This document shows positions 8,701 to 16,880 of a stretch of DNA of 37,284 nucleotides, piece by piece (the stretch's first letter is position 1; each line of letters starts with the position of its first letter). The notes below the pieces were generated by a model that saw only the letters and a program-made list of their open reading frames with translations, had not been told where the DNA came from and did no database searches. The position numbers and the translations under genes were made by a program. Origin of the DNA: a virus (taxonomy: Duplodnaviria > Caudoviricetes); IMG/VR virus record IMGVR_UViG_3300032232_000987, positions 1-37,284 of that record; one strand, given 5' to 3'.

Positions 8701-11004
8701 GGAACAGTAAGACACGGATCTAGTGGTCCTAGTGTTGATAGGCAACCTAGTTTTGATTTAAGTGAACGTGCAGCAGCATATACCATACCTAATCGTTTAG
8801 ATTCTAGTCCTGCTGCGCCAGATTTTTGTGTGGGCAGTTTACGTATCAATAATTATACTGTACCTAATTACAGTAATTGGACTATTGGTGGCCCTGAGTT
8901 TAAGTTTTATACTGGTGGGCTTTCTGCTCCCGCCAATTTTACCGTAAACATTTATAATGCTGTGCAATATAGCAATACTGCTGCAAAGGGCAGTACTCAA
9001 ATGTATGTGGATAACAATACCTTTGCTTGGCCACAAGTTAATATTGGCACAGATGCTACAATAACTTGTGCCAATTTCAAATTTAATAATATTAATATAG
9101 ACGGTGGTACTACTACTTCTTCAGGTCAATTTGTTGAAGTTGTTGGAACTTTAGGTTCTAGTGGTTATGGTGGTGGTACCTTAAATATTAGCAATAGCGA
9201 GTGGGTATTTAGGGGGTCAGGAACTGTTATTAAGTATATTTTTCAGGCCTATGGATTTAATATGATTAGTGATTCCACAGGTACTGCAACATTTGAGGGA
9301 CTTAATGGCACTAATCAAGGAGATCAGTTCGCGGGATTTCTTACTAATTTTGGCGGCAAAATAGTTAATAAAATTGGCTATAATACTGGTACTGGCATTG
9401 GTACTTTATACCTTACAGCTGGAGTAAACACTGATACCACTGTACCACTAGCTAGTCAAATTGATTTTAACTATAGTACATCTAGTATAACGTTTATTCT
9501 TGATAAACCTAGTCAAAGTGCGTATGGGTTCCCCATTAAAGGTTCTACTTTTAATATAGGCACAAGTAGTGCTGGCTATAGGTATCTTAGTTCACAAGGT
9601 GGCAACTGGGATAACTGGGGTATTTATAATACTGAAAGTACTACAGTAAGCGGAAATTATCTTAACCTAACCAATTGCCCGGCAAAAGGCGGTGGCGGTT
9701 GGTATGCTGGTGCAAACAGCGTTGATAATGGTGGTAATACTGGTTGGTATTTTTATGCCCCAGCAACTTTTAGTTTAAATCGTAGCGCTGCTACAGTAGA
9801 CGAGGGCGGTAGTGTTACAATTACACTAACTACTAATGCGCCTAACGGTACTCTTGTACCATATACTATTACTGGTATAACAAGTGCTGATATTAGTGGT
9901 GCTAGTTTAACTGGTAATTTTACCGTTAGTGGTGGTACTGCTAATGTTGTGCTTAATATAGCCAATGACTATAACACTGAAGGCAGTGAAACACTTACGC
10001 TTGCATTAAATAATGGTGCAGCAAGTATTGCAGTTGCTGTTAATGATACTTCATTATTACCTACTTATAGTTTACAACGTAGTGCAGTTAGTGTAACAGA
10101 GGGTGGTAGTTTTACTATTACCTTAACAACAACTAACTTGCCAAATGGAACAACTGTACCCTACACAATAACTGGCGTAAGTAGTAGTGATATTAATAAT
10201 GCTAGTTTAACTGGTAATTTTACAATTAGTAGTAATAGTGCTAGTTTAGTAGTTAATACTACTTGGGATTATGTAACTGAAGGACAGGAAACATTTACAC
10301 TTACCCTGAACCCAACCTATGGTACAGGCAGTGCAATTAGTGTTGCGATTAATAACTTATTACACCCAACATATGCATTAGCAGCAAGTCCTACTACACT
10401 TAATGAAGGCGGTAACTTTACTATTACCTTAACTACTACAGACGTTCCAGATAATACTACAGTTCCTTATACTATTACTGGAACAGTTAATAGCGCTGAT
10501 ATTAATGGAGCTAGCTTAACGGGTAATTTTACAGTTGTTAGTAATACAGCTAATATAGTATTTACTGCTACAGGTGATTATGTTACTGAAGGCACAGAAG
10601 ATTTTGTAATTACTTTAAATGGAATAGGTACAACTGTATCCGTAGCTATTTATGACTATTATAAAACTCGTACATATGCCTTGAGCACTAATGCAACCAC
10701 CGTTACTGAAGGTGATGTATTTACTATTACCTTGACAACAACAAATGTGTTTGATAGTACCACAGTACCATATACAATAACTGGTGTAAGTAGTAGTGAT
10801 ATTAACAATGCTAGTTTAACTGGTAACTTTACTATTACTAGTAATAGCGGAACGCAAACTTTTACTACTACTGCAGATTTGGTTTCAGAGGGCACAGAAA
10901 CATTCACCATAACTCTAGGTACTCCAGCAAGCGGATCTATTAATGTTAGTATAAAAGATCCTGTTTCCGCCAGTACTGGTAGTTTTTTAAGCTTTTTTGA
11001 TTAG
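5740..11004 (+). CDS. Large beta-rich tail fibre/adhesin (1754 aa) with four C-terminal Ig/Calx-beta-like repeats
   Basis: T/N/S/G-rich; N-terminal W...SWSPAGVPATTDDVF motif; internal duplication; four about 100-aa repeats. Confidence 0.75.
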   Translation: MANKTWNGSTGTWATAASWSPAGVPATTDDVFINGGSVTVAAQTCRNLTIGGTCTIAGTSLTVTGPLTINSGTFNLNTTAAFVVQGNITNSGGSFIQNGAGQLTLSGTTSVDANFGDNNLRQMTVVKTGSGGVTFTGSQVNIQGTNSNSSIFTYTSGAIIQNVVIVCGGIVNTSATARIWAMNADLILSAGGNAIGCSMNSAAACTFSSRSGTVRIRSLTNGGNNTIIFPAPTVSTTAASSYTPNVSLESNTNWSISGSVNNIAIDGQHTGTAGTLTVYGTITSNSGDRTWTTCTLLIYNATNGGTSTISAGYTTFLAATIANISGTNATFTINSLKAVNITCSGTTCTYNLGVQNDDNQIVTLSTNATLTLSGNTSTFNLYNVRSYNTTMSSNGSYNVYKLEPNYYLVNPPTAGTTTHSAGTLTIKSGYTLTTYAFTSNSGTRTLNFEDNSYITTLNTGPLLIGYTSLTSYCPYDNAGFLHQSTGQFTFTGTPSGSQTYNVFNLSLYKVNNSTGATTVRNLTINDGAGMTTVAAVTFCYKFTGATNTTITGLNLTRSTTIGAGSYVNYTGGTIGTFTNSETSGANQYIYNLTAQTITLGCTNGAWVYIGGDGTNTNGTVKINTTNTVTLGGACTYYIYNLRAYNLTLSNSGRYDCYYYEHNYATNPPTAGTVTHTAGTLVLKTRTAGYTMTTWSFTSTTGTRGITFETDSYINTVNNGTCSYQYGPALTCSRPETMWCGFIHDGTGAWQADFVTTAPTASQCFNFYWSQIIALAGTGVFYARNLGNQGSRLTSHVNYTFDPGWGQGSGAFTNTSARTIFIAGDVTLTGGVWYDTTISGRTQWLQLYLTYFATDSRTQKISTLANWYNGSNSLKIGTITLNSSFTGTLQLGYDNYDANKVFSDSGDGAAIFSNFVHNNGTLDVRGRQMYLETSYSHTDTVNLKYIINSAATYSDPSIYINATTGTPWSIEYTSILYSNWKIWVKIRGGTVRHGSSGPSVDRQPSFDLSERAAAYTIPNRLDSSPAAPDFCVGSLRINNYTVPNYSNWTIGGPEFKFYTGGLSAPANFTVNIYNAVQYSNTAAKGSTQMYVDNNTFAWPQVNIGTDATITCANFKFNNINIDGGTTTSSGQFVEVVGTLGSSGYGGGTLNISNSEWVFRGSGTVIKYIFQAYGFNMISDSTGTATFEGLNGTNQGDQFAGFLTNFGGKIVNKIGYNTGTGIGTLYLTAGVNTDTTVPLASQIDFNYSTSSITFILDKPSQSAYGFPIKGSTFNIGTSSAGYRYLSSQGGNWDNWGIYNTESTTVSGNYLNLTNCPAKGGGGWYAGANSVDNGGNTGWYFYAPATFSLNRSAATVDEGGSVTITLTTNAPNGTLVPYTITGITSADISGASLTGNFTVSGGTANVVLNIANDYNTEGSETLTLALNNGAASIAVAVNDTSLLPTYSLQRSAVSVTEGGSFTITLTTTNLPNGTTVPYTITGVSSSDINNASLTGNFTISSNSASLVVNTTWDYVTEGQETFTLTLNPTYGTGSAISVAINNLLHPTYALAASPTTLNEGGNFTITLTTTDVPDNTTVPYTITGTVNSADINGASLTGNFTVVSNTANIVFTATGDYVTEGTEDFVITLNGIGTTVSVAIYDYYKTRTYALSTNATTVTEGDVFTITLTTTNVFDSTTVPYTITGVSSSDINNASLTGNFTITSNSGTQTFTTTADLVSEGTETFTITLGTPASGSINVSIKDPVSASTGSFLSFFD
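9763..10960 (+). repeat. Four tandem about 300-nt Ig/Calx-beta-like coding repeats
   Basis: Unit TY(S/A)L...EG..FTITLTTT...TTVPYTITG.SS.DIN.ASLTGNFT...EG.E.F; repeats 2 and 4 are nearly identical in DNA (about 10160-10225 vs about 10770-10835). Confidence 0.9.
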
Positions 11005-11012
11005 GACTAATA

Positions 11013-11375
11013 ATGGTTAATGATGTAAAAGCAATTGTTGTAATTGCAATTATAGTTGTATTATCTATGTTAGGATATTATGGATATAATGTAGTGTATG
11101 AGCGAGGCAAACAACAAGCAAAACTTGAGTGTTTGGAAGAAAAACAAAAATATGAATTGGAAGTTAAACAAAAAATTCAAGACTTAGAAACAGCACTACA
11201 ACAAACAGCGGCCGAAGGCGAACGTAAAAAACAGGAATTAGGTAAAACTATCAAAGATATTAAATCTAAACTTAAACAGCAGCCAATTACTATTATCGAA
11301 AATGGTAAGTGTATCCCAGCTGTAATTTTTTTAGATAGCATTAACGAAGCAATTTCTAAAGCGAATAATAAATGA
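11013..11375 (+). CDS. Inner-membrane spanin (Rz-like)
   Basis: One N-terminal TM helix, then a coiled coil with a Cys near the C-terminus; precedes a lipoprotein. Confidence 0.75.
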   Translation: MVNDVKAIVVIAIIVVLSMLGYYGYNVVYERGKQQAKLECLEEKQKYELEVKQKIQDLETALQQTAAEGERKKQELGKTIKDIKSKLKQQPITIIENGKCIPAVIFLDSINEAISKANNK

Positions 11376-11662
11376 AAAAACTAGTAATAAGCTTTGGTTT
11401 ATTACTCTTATTGTTAAACGGATGTGGAATTTTTCAGAAAAAAATTCCGGAAGTTCCACCTCCGGCAACCACTGGCAATAGAGTAGTAATAGACCCTAAA
11501 CTGTTGCAACCTTGCGAATTATTGCCAGCCTTAGTTGGCAACACATATGAACAAGTTGCAGATCATTATCTAACAGTCATTAGCCTATATGGTCAATGCG
11601 CTCTTAAACAAATGGATAGTATTGCTACTATACGCAAACTATCTAACCTGGATAAACCATGA
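11372..11662 (+). CDS. Outer-membrane spanin lipoprotein (Rz1-like)
   Basis: Signal peptide with lipobox LLNG-C, Pro-rich segment and LLQPC...C pattern; overlaps both neighbours by 4 nt. Confidence 0.8.
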   Translation: MKKLVISFGLLLLLLNGCGIFQKKIPEVPPPATTGNRVVIDPKLLQPCELLPALVGNTYEQVADHYLTVISLYGQCALKQMDSIATIRKLSNLDKP

Positions 11663-12078
11663 AAGAACATTTACGTTTCCGCAATATTTTTATGATTGGC
11701 GGTACCATTATTGTGATGATTTACTTGTATTTAAGTGATCCCAATGGTGGCAATATGACCATTCCATTTTTAGCTAAATTAGCTACGCCCATTGTGGCAG
11801 TGTGGTTTTCGCACCTTGCACGTAGGGCACTGTTTGATTACGCAGACATGGAATCACTGATGAAAAAGGCACGCGAAACCGCCACTGGCGCAGGCTTGGC
11901 TTTTGTTGGACTTTGCATTATTATCTACGGCTTGTTATCCTTATTCGGCTCGCAGGTATATGCTCAGTCGCCGGAAACCTATATTCCCAAGCAAGCACAT
12001 GAGCATCTGCCTACACTTCAGCAAGAAAAAGATAAGGTATGGTCAACACACCCAAAGCCGCATACCTTGCTAGTCTAA
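11659..12078 (+). CDS. Three-TM membrane protein (holin-like); N-terminal part of a possible frameshift fusion with the endolysin
   Basis: Three hydrophobic segments, then VYA-Q and a soluble tail (IPKQAHEHLPTLQQEKDKVWSTHP) resembling the start of SLT endolysins. Confidence 0.65.
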   Translation: MKEHLRFRNIFMIGGTIIVMIYLYLSDPNGGNMTIPFLAKLATPIVAVWFSHLARRALFDYADMESLMKKARETATGAGLAFVGLCIIIYGLLSLFGSQVYAQSPETYIPKQAHEHLPTLQQEKDKVWSTHPKPHTLLV

Positions 12079-12614
12079 TAGAGCATGAGTCCTGTATATC
12101 GCTTACACACAGTAAGTGTTGGAACTCCAAATCTAGGCTAAAAAGTGCTAGGGAAGAGGGTGCAGGACTTGGTCAGATTACCAGGGCTTTTAAACCAGAT
12201 GGGTCAATTAGGTTTGATGCTCTATCAGACTTAAAACATAAGTACAACAAGGAGTTATCGGAGTTAAACTGGCAAGTAGTTTATGATAGACCAGATTTGC
12301 AAATTCGTGCACTAGCACTAATGATGCGTGATAATTATCAGTATTTTAGTAAATATGTTCAAGACAAACAGGAGGCTTATGCTTTTGCTGATGCTGCCTA
12401 TAATGGTGGTGCGGGTGGTGTAGATCACGAACGTAGAGCTTGTAAATTAGCAAGCTGGTGTGATCCTAACAAATGGTTTGATAACGTGGAGAAACTTTGC
12501 TTAAAATCTAAAGTGGCACTATATGGTAATCGTAGTGCTTGTGATATTAACCGTCATCATGTTAGAGATGTACTCTTAAACCGCAGTGCAAAATATCTTG
12601 CATACGTTAAGTAG
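12039..12614 (+). CDS. SLT-type lytic transglycosylase (endolysin) catalytic domain
   Basis: Motifs IEHES (catalytic Glu), GLGQIT and AAYNGG; lies in the lysis cassette, in the -1 frame relative to the upstream ORF. Confidence 0.85.
   Translation: MVNTPKAAYLASLIEHESCISLTHSKCWNSKSRLKSAREEGAGLGQITRAFKPDGSIRFDALSDLKHKYNKELSELNWQVVYDRPDLQIRALALMMRDNYQYFSKYVQDKQEAYAFADAAYNGGAGGVDHERRACKLASWCDPNKWFDNVEKLCLKSKVALYGNRSACDINRHHVRDVLLNRSAKYLAYVK
12051..12057 (+). promoter_or_regulatory. Candidate -1 ribosomal frameshift heptamer C_CCA_AAG
   Basis: X_XXY_YYZ in the correct register of ORF 11659 (cac cca aag); SD-like TAAGGT at 12033-12038, 12 nt upstream. Confidence 0.5.
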
Positions 12615-12633
12615 TCTTTTAAAAAAGGTCTTT

Positions 12634-13323
12634 ATGGTTGCTCAATCAGGTAAGCGGGCTCGTAAAATAGCTTTATTGGAAAGTGAAAATCCCATTGAAC
12701 ATGGATTTAAAGAGGTAAAGCCACTAAATGAAATTCAAAGTGTGTACTTAGATGCTATTAGAAATAATGAAATTATATTTGGTATTGGCAGTGCTGGCAC
12801 TGGCAAGACTTATGTAGCAGCTAGTTATGCAGCAGGCCAACTGTTTCACCGTAAGATTTCAAAAATTATCTTAACTAGACCCAATGTAGAAACTGGTCGT
12901 GGACTAGGATTCTTACCCGGTAAATTAGACGATAAATACGCGCCATATTTACAGCCATTTGACTCAGTGTTTACCCGTACACTGGGTGCTGGATTTTATC
13001 AATATGCCTTGAAAAACAAAGATATAGATCCTAAACCAATAGGATTTATGCGAGGTATGAGTTTTGACTATGCCGTTATCTTAGTTGATGAAGCGCAAAA
13101 CCTAACCAAAACTGAACTAAAAATGTTACTTAGCCGTGTAGGTAAAAACTGTAAAGTTATACTTAGTGGCGATCCTAAACAAACCGATATTATAGACAGT
13201 GGTCTAGAAGATGCTGTTGGACGACTACAAGGTTTATCTGGAGTTCAAGTAGTTAGATTTGAGGATGATGATATTGTTCGCAGTAAAATGTGTAAACAGA
13301 TTATCTTAGCCTACAACAACTAA
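12634..13323 (+). CDS. phoH: PhoH-like ATPase
   Basis: GSAGTGKT Walker A, LGFLPG, FMRG, DEAQN, GDPKQTD and VRS motifs; ATG 12634 preceded by AAAGGT. Confidence 0.93.
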   Translation: MVAQSGKRARKIALLESENPIEHGFKEVKPLNEIQSVYLDAIRNNEIIFGIGSAGTGKTYVAASYAAGQLFHRKISKIILTRPNVETGRGLGFLPGKLDDKYAPYLQPFDSVFTRTLGAGFYQYALKNKDIDPKPIGFMRGMSFDYAVILVDEAQNLTKTELKMLLSRVGKNCKVILSGDPKQTDIIDSGLEDAVGRLQGLSGVQVVRFEDDDIVRSKMCKQIILAYNN

Positions 13324-13325
13324 AC

Positions 13326-13363
13326 AAAAAGCCCCTAAGCAGCAATGCTTAGGGGCTTTTTTT
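13326..13363. terminator. Bidirectional intrinsic terminator
   Basis: AAAAAGCCCCTAAGCA-GCAA-TGCTTAGGGGCTTTTTTT between convergent genes. Confidence 0.93.
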
Positions 13364-13364
13364 A

Positions 13365-13565
13365 TTATCCGCCGCTCATACGTTCGTCTACGGCAATATT
13401 TTCATCAATGCTGTGATGAATAATTTTACCTTCAATTTGTTGTAGTGCTTGTTTTCTTAGTTTTTCACTTAGAGGATTGCAGATTTTTCCTGGAAGTTCT
13501 TGTAGTGCTACTAAGATAACATTGGCTTCATCTTTGGTTATTGTAAAAATAAATTCTTGTGACAT
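13365..13565 (-). CDS. Small hypothetical protein
   Basis: ATG at 13565 (MSQEFIF...) lies just after the nrdJ stop; ORF ends at the terminator. Confidence 0.6.
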   Translation of the reverse strand: MSQEFIFTITKDEANVILVALQELPGKICNPLSEKLRKQALQQIEGKIIHHSIDENIAVDERMSGG

Positions 13566-13569
13566 ATTA

Positions 13570-15534
13570 TTACCTAATTGGACAGGCTCCAGTTGCACAA
13601 TCCTCACCAATAATTTCATCAAAACTATTAGCATCATCTAGGATAACTGGTCGTAATTGAGCTGCATAGTCTCGGTAAGTACGCTCGTCTACTACTTCTT
13701 GTGGTAGGTAAAGATAACCCAAGTCTTTAGCTGTTTTTGTAGGATCAGTTCTGTAAATAAAACTTACGCCAACATAACAATCCCAGTTGTCTAACAACCA
13801 ATCAATAATGGCATTAATCTCACTAGGATCATAACTAATAGTTACACTAGTATTTTGCTGATTCCATGACGTTTGTAACAGTTTATAACGATCCAGTTGT
13901 GTAACTGCACTTTCCAAGTTAACTTCTTTGCCATCAACTTTATCAAACACTACGCCATCCCAGCATACTGGAAAGGTTACTAGTACACCACTGTCATCAA
14001 CCGGATGATTAATAACCTGATAATTTGCTTCGCGCAGCTTTTCTACGACCGGATCATGTTTTGAAAACTGCACGTTGTTGAAAATGTACTTGCCGAGCGG
14101 TTTATGAACGCCTTCAGTGGTATCCATGATTTTGCTGACTGTACCACTAGGTTTAATACAAGTAATATTCTTAGGACTAGGCAATCCTAATTCTTGAGCC
14201 ATTCCAACAGCAGCACTGGTTGCTGTACGCTTTAAGTATTCATAGTCATAGCTGCCCATATCTGGACGCATTGCAATACCAGTTAAGCCTACTCCACAAA
14301 GACGCATAAAGTAGTTGTTTAAATGCCAACTTTCTTGTAAAATACCATCTTGTAGATCAACACAAGTTTGGCGATAATTAGCGCGGGCGGCTAGGCGAAT
14401 AGCAGCGTGTAAACCAGCACTGTCGCCCTTAAACTTAGCCAAATCAGTTTCTGTTAGGTTACAAAAACTCTTATTGCCCAGCAAAATTTCTACACAAGGA
14501 TTAGCGCCCTTAAACCAAGGTGCTCGGCGTAGTGCCTCAACTTCATTAATAAAACCTGGCTCCGAACCACCTGCTTCCTGCATAAGATTAAAAATCTTTT
14601 CTAAGTCCTCACGCAGTGGCTTCTCTTTAAACACTAGTGAATTATTGCTTTGCGTACGATGCTCATTGTTATGCAGCCACCAGTCTTTTTTAGCTACCGC
14701 AAACTCTTCCCACTCGGGTTGACCATAGTCAAAAAGAGCAATTTCAGCACTTCTACGACTGCTAAGGATAGTCCCGAGATGATTAACAATGTCCAGAATA
14801 TCCATCCTAGTAAGTAGACTATCAGCCCTACCATTAAGAATGTTGGCAATAGCAGTATATGCAACACTAATAGCAGTATCACCTGAAGAAATCCAACCAT
14901 AACCTTTTAACCTTTCACCTGCGGGACGTAATTGGCTAAAATCCAGAACCAGAGTATCAGCGGGATATTTACCAGCCATAAGCTTGCCAATAGACTTAGC
15001 CCAAGCTTCTGCACTGTCACCGATTTGTAGTGTCCAAGTTTTAGTTTCTGCATCCCAAGTTTCCGTATTGTACTCTTTACCGCCTTTGGCTGTGCGTGTG
15101 CTACGAATTGTACGAATATTCTTAATAGGTTTTGAAAAACCATTAAGTGTGCCCACAATAGGCTTAAAGCCTACGCCACAACCCTGCAACAACAGCCACA
15201 ACACATCAACTACATCATATACAGTTTCTACATGAGTAAAGCTGCAATTAAACTGACTAGCTTCACGAGTTTTAGCTACTTGAGTACCGCCCAACCAAAG
15301 TGTGCGTCCACTCATCAAAACTTTACGATCCAGCATAAGCTGTTCCAAATCATAAAGTTCTGCATATTCTTGATCATTAAGTTCGCGATTGAGGGCACGT
15401 TCCCATAACCAAGCTTGGTGATCGATTACTCTAGCAACTGTTTCTTGCCACGTTTCAAATTGTTTTCCGTCGTCTGAAGTTGGCCTGTTATAGGTTCGAC
15501 GTGTAATTACCTGTGCTCTTGTTGAAACTGTCAT
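13570..15534 (-). CDS. nrdJ: Class II (adenosylcobalamin-dependent) ribonucleotide reductase, monomeric RTPR-like
   Basis: SGRTLW, FNC, GCGVGF, NPCVEI, FCNL, TCIKPSGT and C-terminal CATGACPIR; no beta-subunit gene adjacent. Confidence 0.92.
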   Translation of the reverse strand: MTVSTRAQVITRRTYNRPTSDDGKQFETWQETVARVIDHQAWLWERALNRELNDQEYAELYDLEQLMLDRKVLMSGRTLWLGGTQVAKTREASQFNCSFTHVETVYDVVDVLWLLLQGCGVGFKPIVGTLNGFSKPIKNIRTIRSTRTAKGGKEYNTETWDAETKTWTLQIGDSAEAWAKSIGKLMAGKYPADTLVLDFSQLRPAGERLKGYGWISSGDTAISVAYTAIANILNGRADSLLTRMDILDIVNHLGTILSSRRSAEIALFDYGQPEWEEFAVAKKDWWLHNNEHRTQSNNSLVFKEKPLREDLEKIFNLMQEAGGSEPGFINEVEALRRAPWFKGANPCVEILLGNKSFCNLTETDLAKFKGDSAGLHAAIRLAARANYRQTCVDLQDGILQESWHLNNYFMRLCGVGLTGIAMRPDMGSYDYEYLKRTATSAAVGMAQELGLPSPKNITCIKPSGTVSKIMDTTEGVHKPLGKYIFNNVQFSKHDPVVEKLREANYQVINHPVDDSGVLVTFPVCWDGVVFDKVDGKEVNLESAVTQLDRYKLLQTSWNQQNTSVTISYDPSEINAIIDWLLDNWDCYVGVSFIYRTDPTKTAKDLGYLYLPQEVVDERTYRDYAAQLRPVILDDANSFDEIIGEDCATGACPIR

Positions 15535-15542
15535 AATATTCC

Positions 15543-16034
15543 TTATGTTCCGGTACTGCCAAATCCGCCAGTGCCTCGTTGTGTGTCATTCCAAATATCT
15601 GTAAATTCTGCCAGTACCACAGGCATAATTACTAATTGTGCAACTCGCGTTACACCTGCTTCAATTTCATAGGGATCGTCTCCCTGATTTTTTAAAATAA
15701 CCTTAATATTTCCGCGATAATCGCTGTCAATCACACCAACACTGTGTGGAATGGTAATTCCCTGTTTACCCTGTGAACTACGATTAAAAACAAAGCCCGC
15801 ATAACCTTCAGGAATTTTTACAGCTACGCCACAATCTATCATAGCTTGCTCACCGGGGTAAATATTAGTAGTTACACTACTAAACAAATCTGCTCCGGCA
15901 TCTGTGCGATGTTGACGTTTTGGCAAAAATTTAGGATTGCTGACTAGGGTTGGGATTTTAACAGTAGCTGTAACAAAGCCATTTCCACTAGCTGTATGTG
16001 TATAAAATGTGCCGCCATTAATATTAGGTATCAT
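15543..16034 (-). CDS. dut: Trimeric dUTPase
   Basis: AGADL, RSS, GVIDSDYRG, RVAQLV and RGTGGFGSTG motifs. Confidence 0.96.
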   Translation of the reverse strand: MIPNINGGTFYTHTASGNGFVTATVKIPTLVSNPKFLPKRQHRTDAGADLFSSVTTNIYPGEQAMIDCGVAVKIPEGYAGFVFNRSSQGKQGITIPHSVGVIDSDYRGNIKVILKNQGDDPYEIEAGVTRVAQLVIMPVVLAEFTDIWNDTQRGTGGFGSTGT

Positions 16035-16879
16035 GATTTTATGTATTGGTTTAAGATTTGGTCAATTTCTGTACAATTTTCACCTAAAGCATCTCTGCAA
16101 AAGGTGACTAGGTCCATAAGTTGATAGTTGAGTAAGATTCTATCGCCACTCTGATTTAGGGTCTTGATATATTTTAGTTTACTTTCAATAGGCAATTCAG
16201 CAACTATGTCTAGGGCAGTACCGTATTGTTCTACTAATTGTTGTGCACGTTTAGGACCAATACCTTCTACACCTAGCACATTATCTCCAGTATCGCCCAT
16301 TAAACACTTTACACTAATATAGTGTTCGTGCGGAAAACTATAATGAGTATGCCAATTATTGGCAGTAATTTCCTTGCGTGTTACATAACTAAATCTACTT
16401 GTATGTTCATCAATAAGCAAATCCCAGTCTTTATCGCTGGAAATTAGCCAAATGTGATCAACAGCAGGTAAAAGGTTGTGAATACTAGTGATGTAAGCAG
16501 CAATGTCGTCAGCCTCGGTTTGTTTAAATTGAATTACAGGATAATCGGTAGTGTCTCTGATAAGATCTAGGCTTGCTTGATAATCTTCAAAGAACATTTC
16601 AAATGCTGCTTTTTCAGCATCGGTTTGTTCAGCAAATTTATCTTTGCGATTTTGTTTGTATTCAGGATAAATATTCTTGCGATAGCTGCTTGAGCCTTGA
16701 TCTGCCGCAACAACAACCCACTTGGCTTTATAGCTTTTCTTTAGGCTTTCAATAGTACGTTTATAATCTTCTGCAAAATCTGTAGCGCCGCTGTGTTTCC
16801 AGCGAAAAGCTAAGTTAAGTGCATCTACAATTATTAAACAATTTTCATGTTCTGCAACTTGTTGAAATGATTTACTCAT
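16031..16879 (-). CDS. D15: Flap endonuclease / 5'-3' exonuclease (T5 D15-like)
   Basis: IVDALNLAFR, YKQNR, EADD, SSDKDWD and GDTGDNVLGVEGIGPKRA motifs. Confidence 0.92.
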   Translation of the reverse strand: MSKSFQQVAEHENCLIIVDALNLAFRWKHSGATDFAEDYKRTIESLKKSYKAKWVVVAADQGSSSYRKNIYPEYKQNRKDKFAEQTDAEKAAFEMFFEDYQASLDLIRDTTDYPVIQFKQTEADDIAAYITSIHNLLPAVDHIWLISSDKDWDLLIDEHTSRFSYVTRKEITANNWHTHYSFPHEHYISVKCLMGDTGDNVLGVEGIGPKRAQQLVEQYGTALDIVAELPIESKLKYIKTLNQSGDRILLNYQLMDLVTFCRDALGENCTEIDQILNQYIKS

Positions 16880-16880
16880 G

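Noticed and set aside
4054-11004. Repeats as a CRISPR array or DGR template/variable repeats
   Set aside because: All are in-frame coding repeats differing mainly at synonymous sites; no spacers, no adenine-specific variation and no reverse transcriptase in the window.
12586-12633. Extended starts in the ORF track (phoH 12586; also 13637, 18067, 23736, 26814, 36604)
   Set aside because: They overlap upstream genes; downstream ATGs fit SDs or gene packing better.
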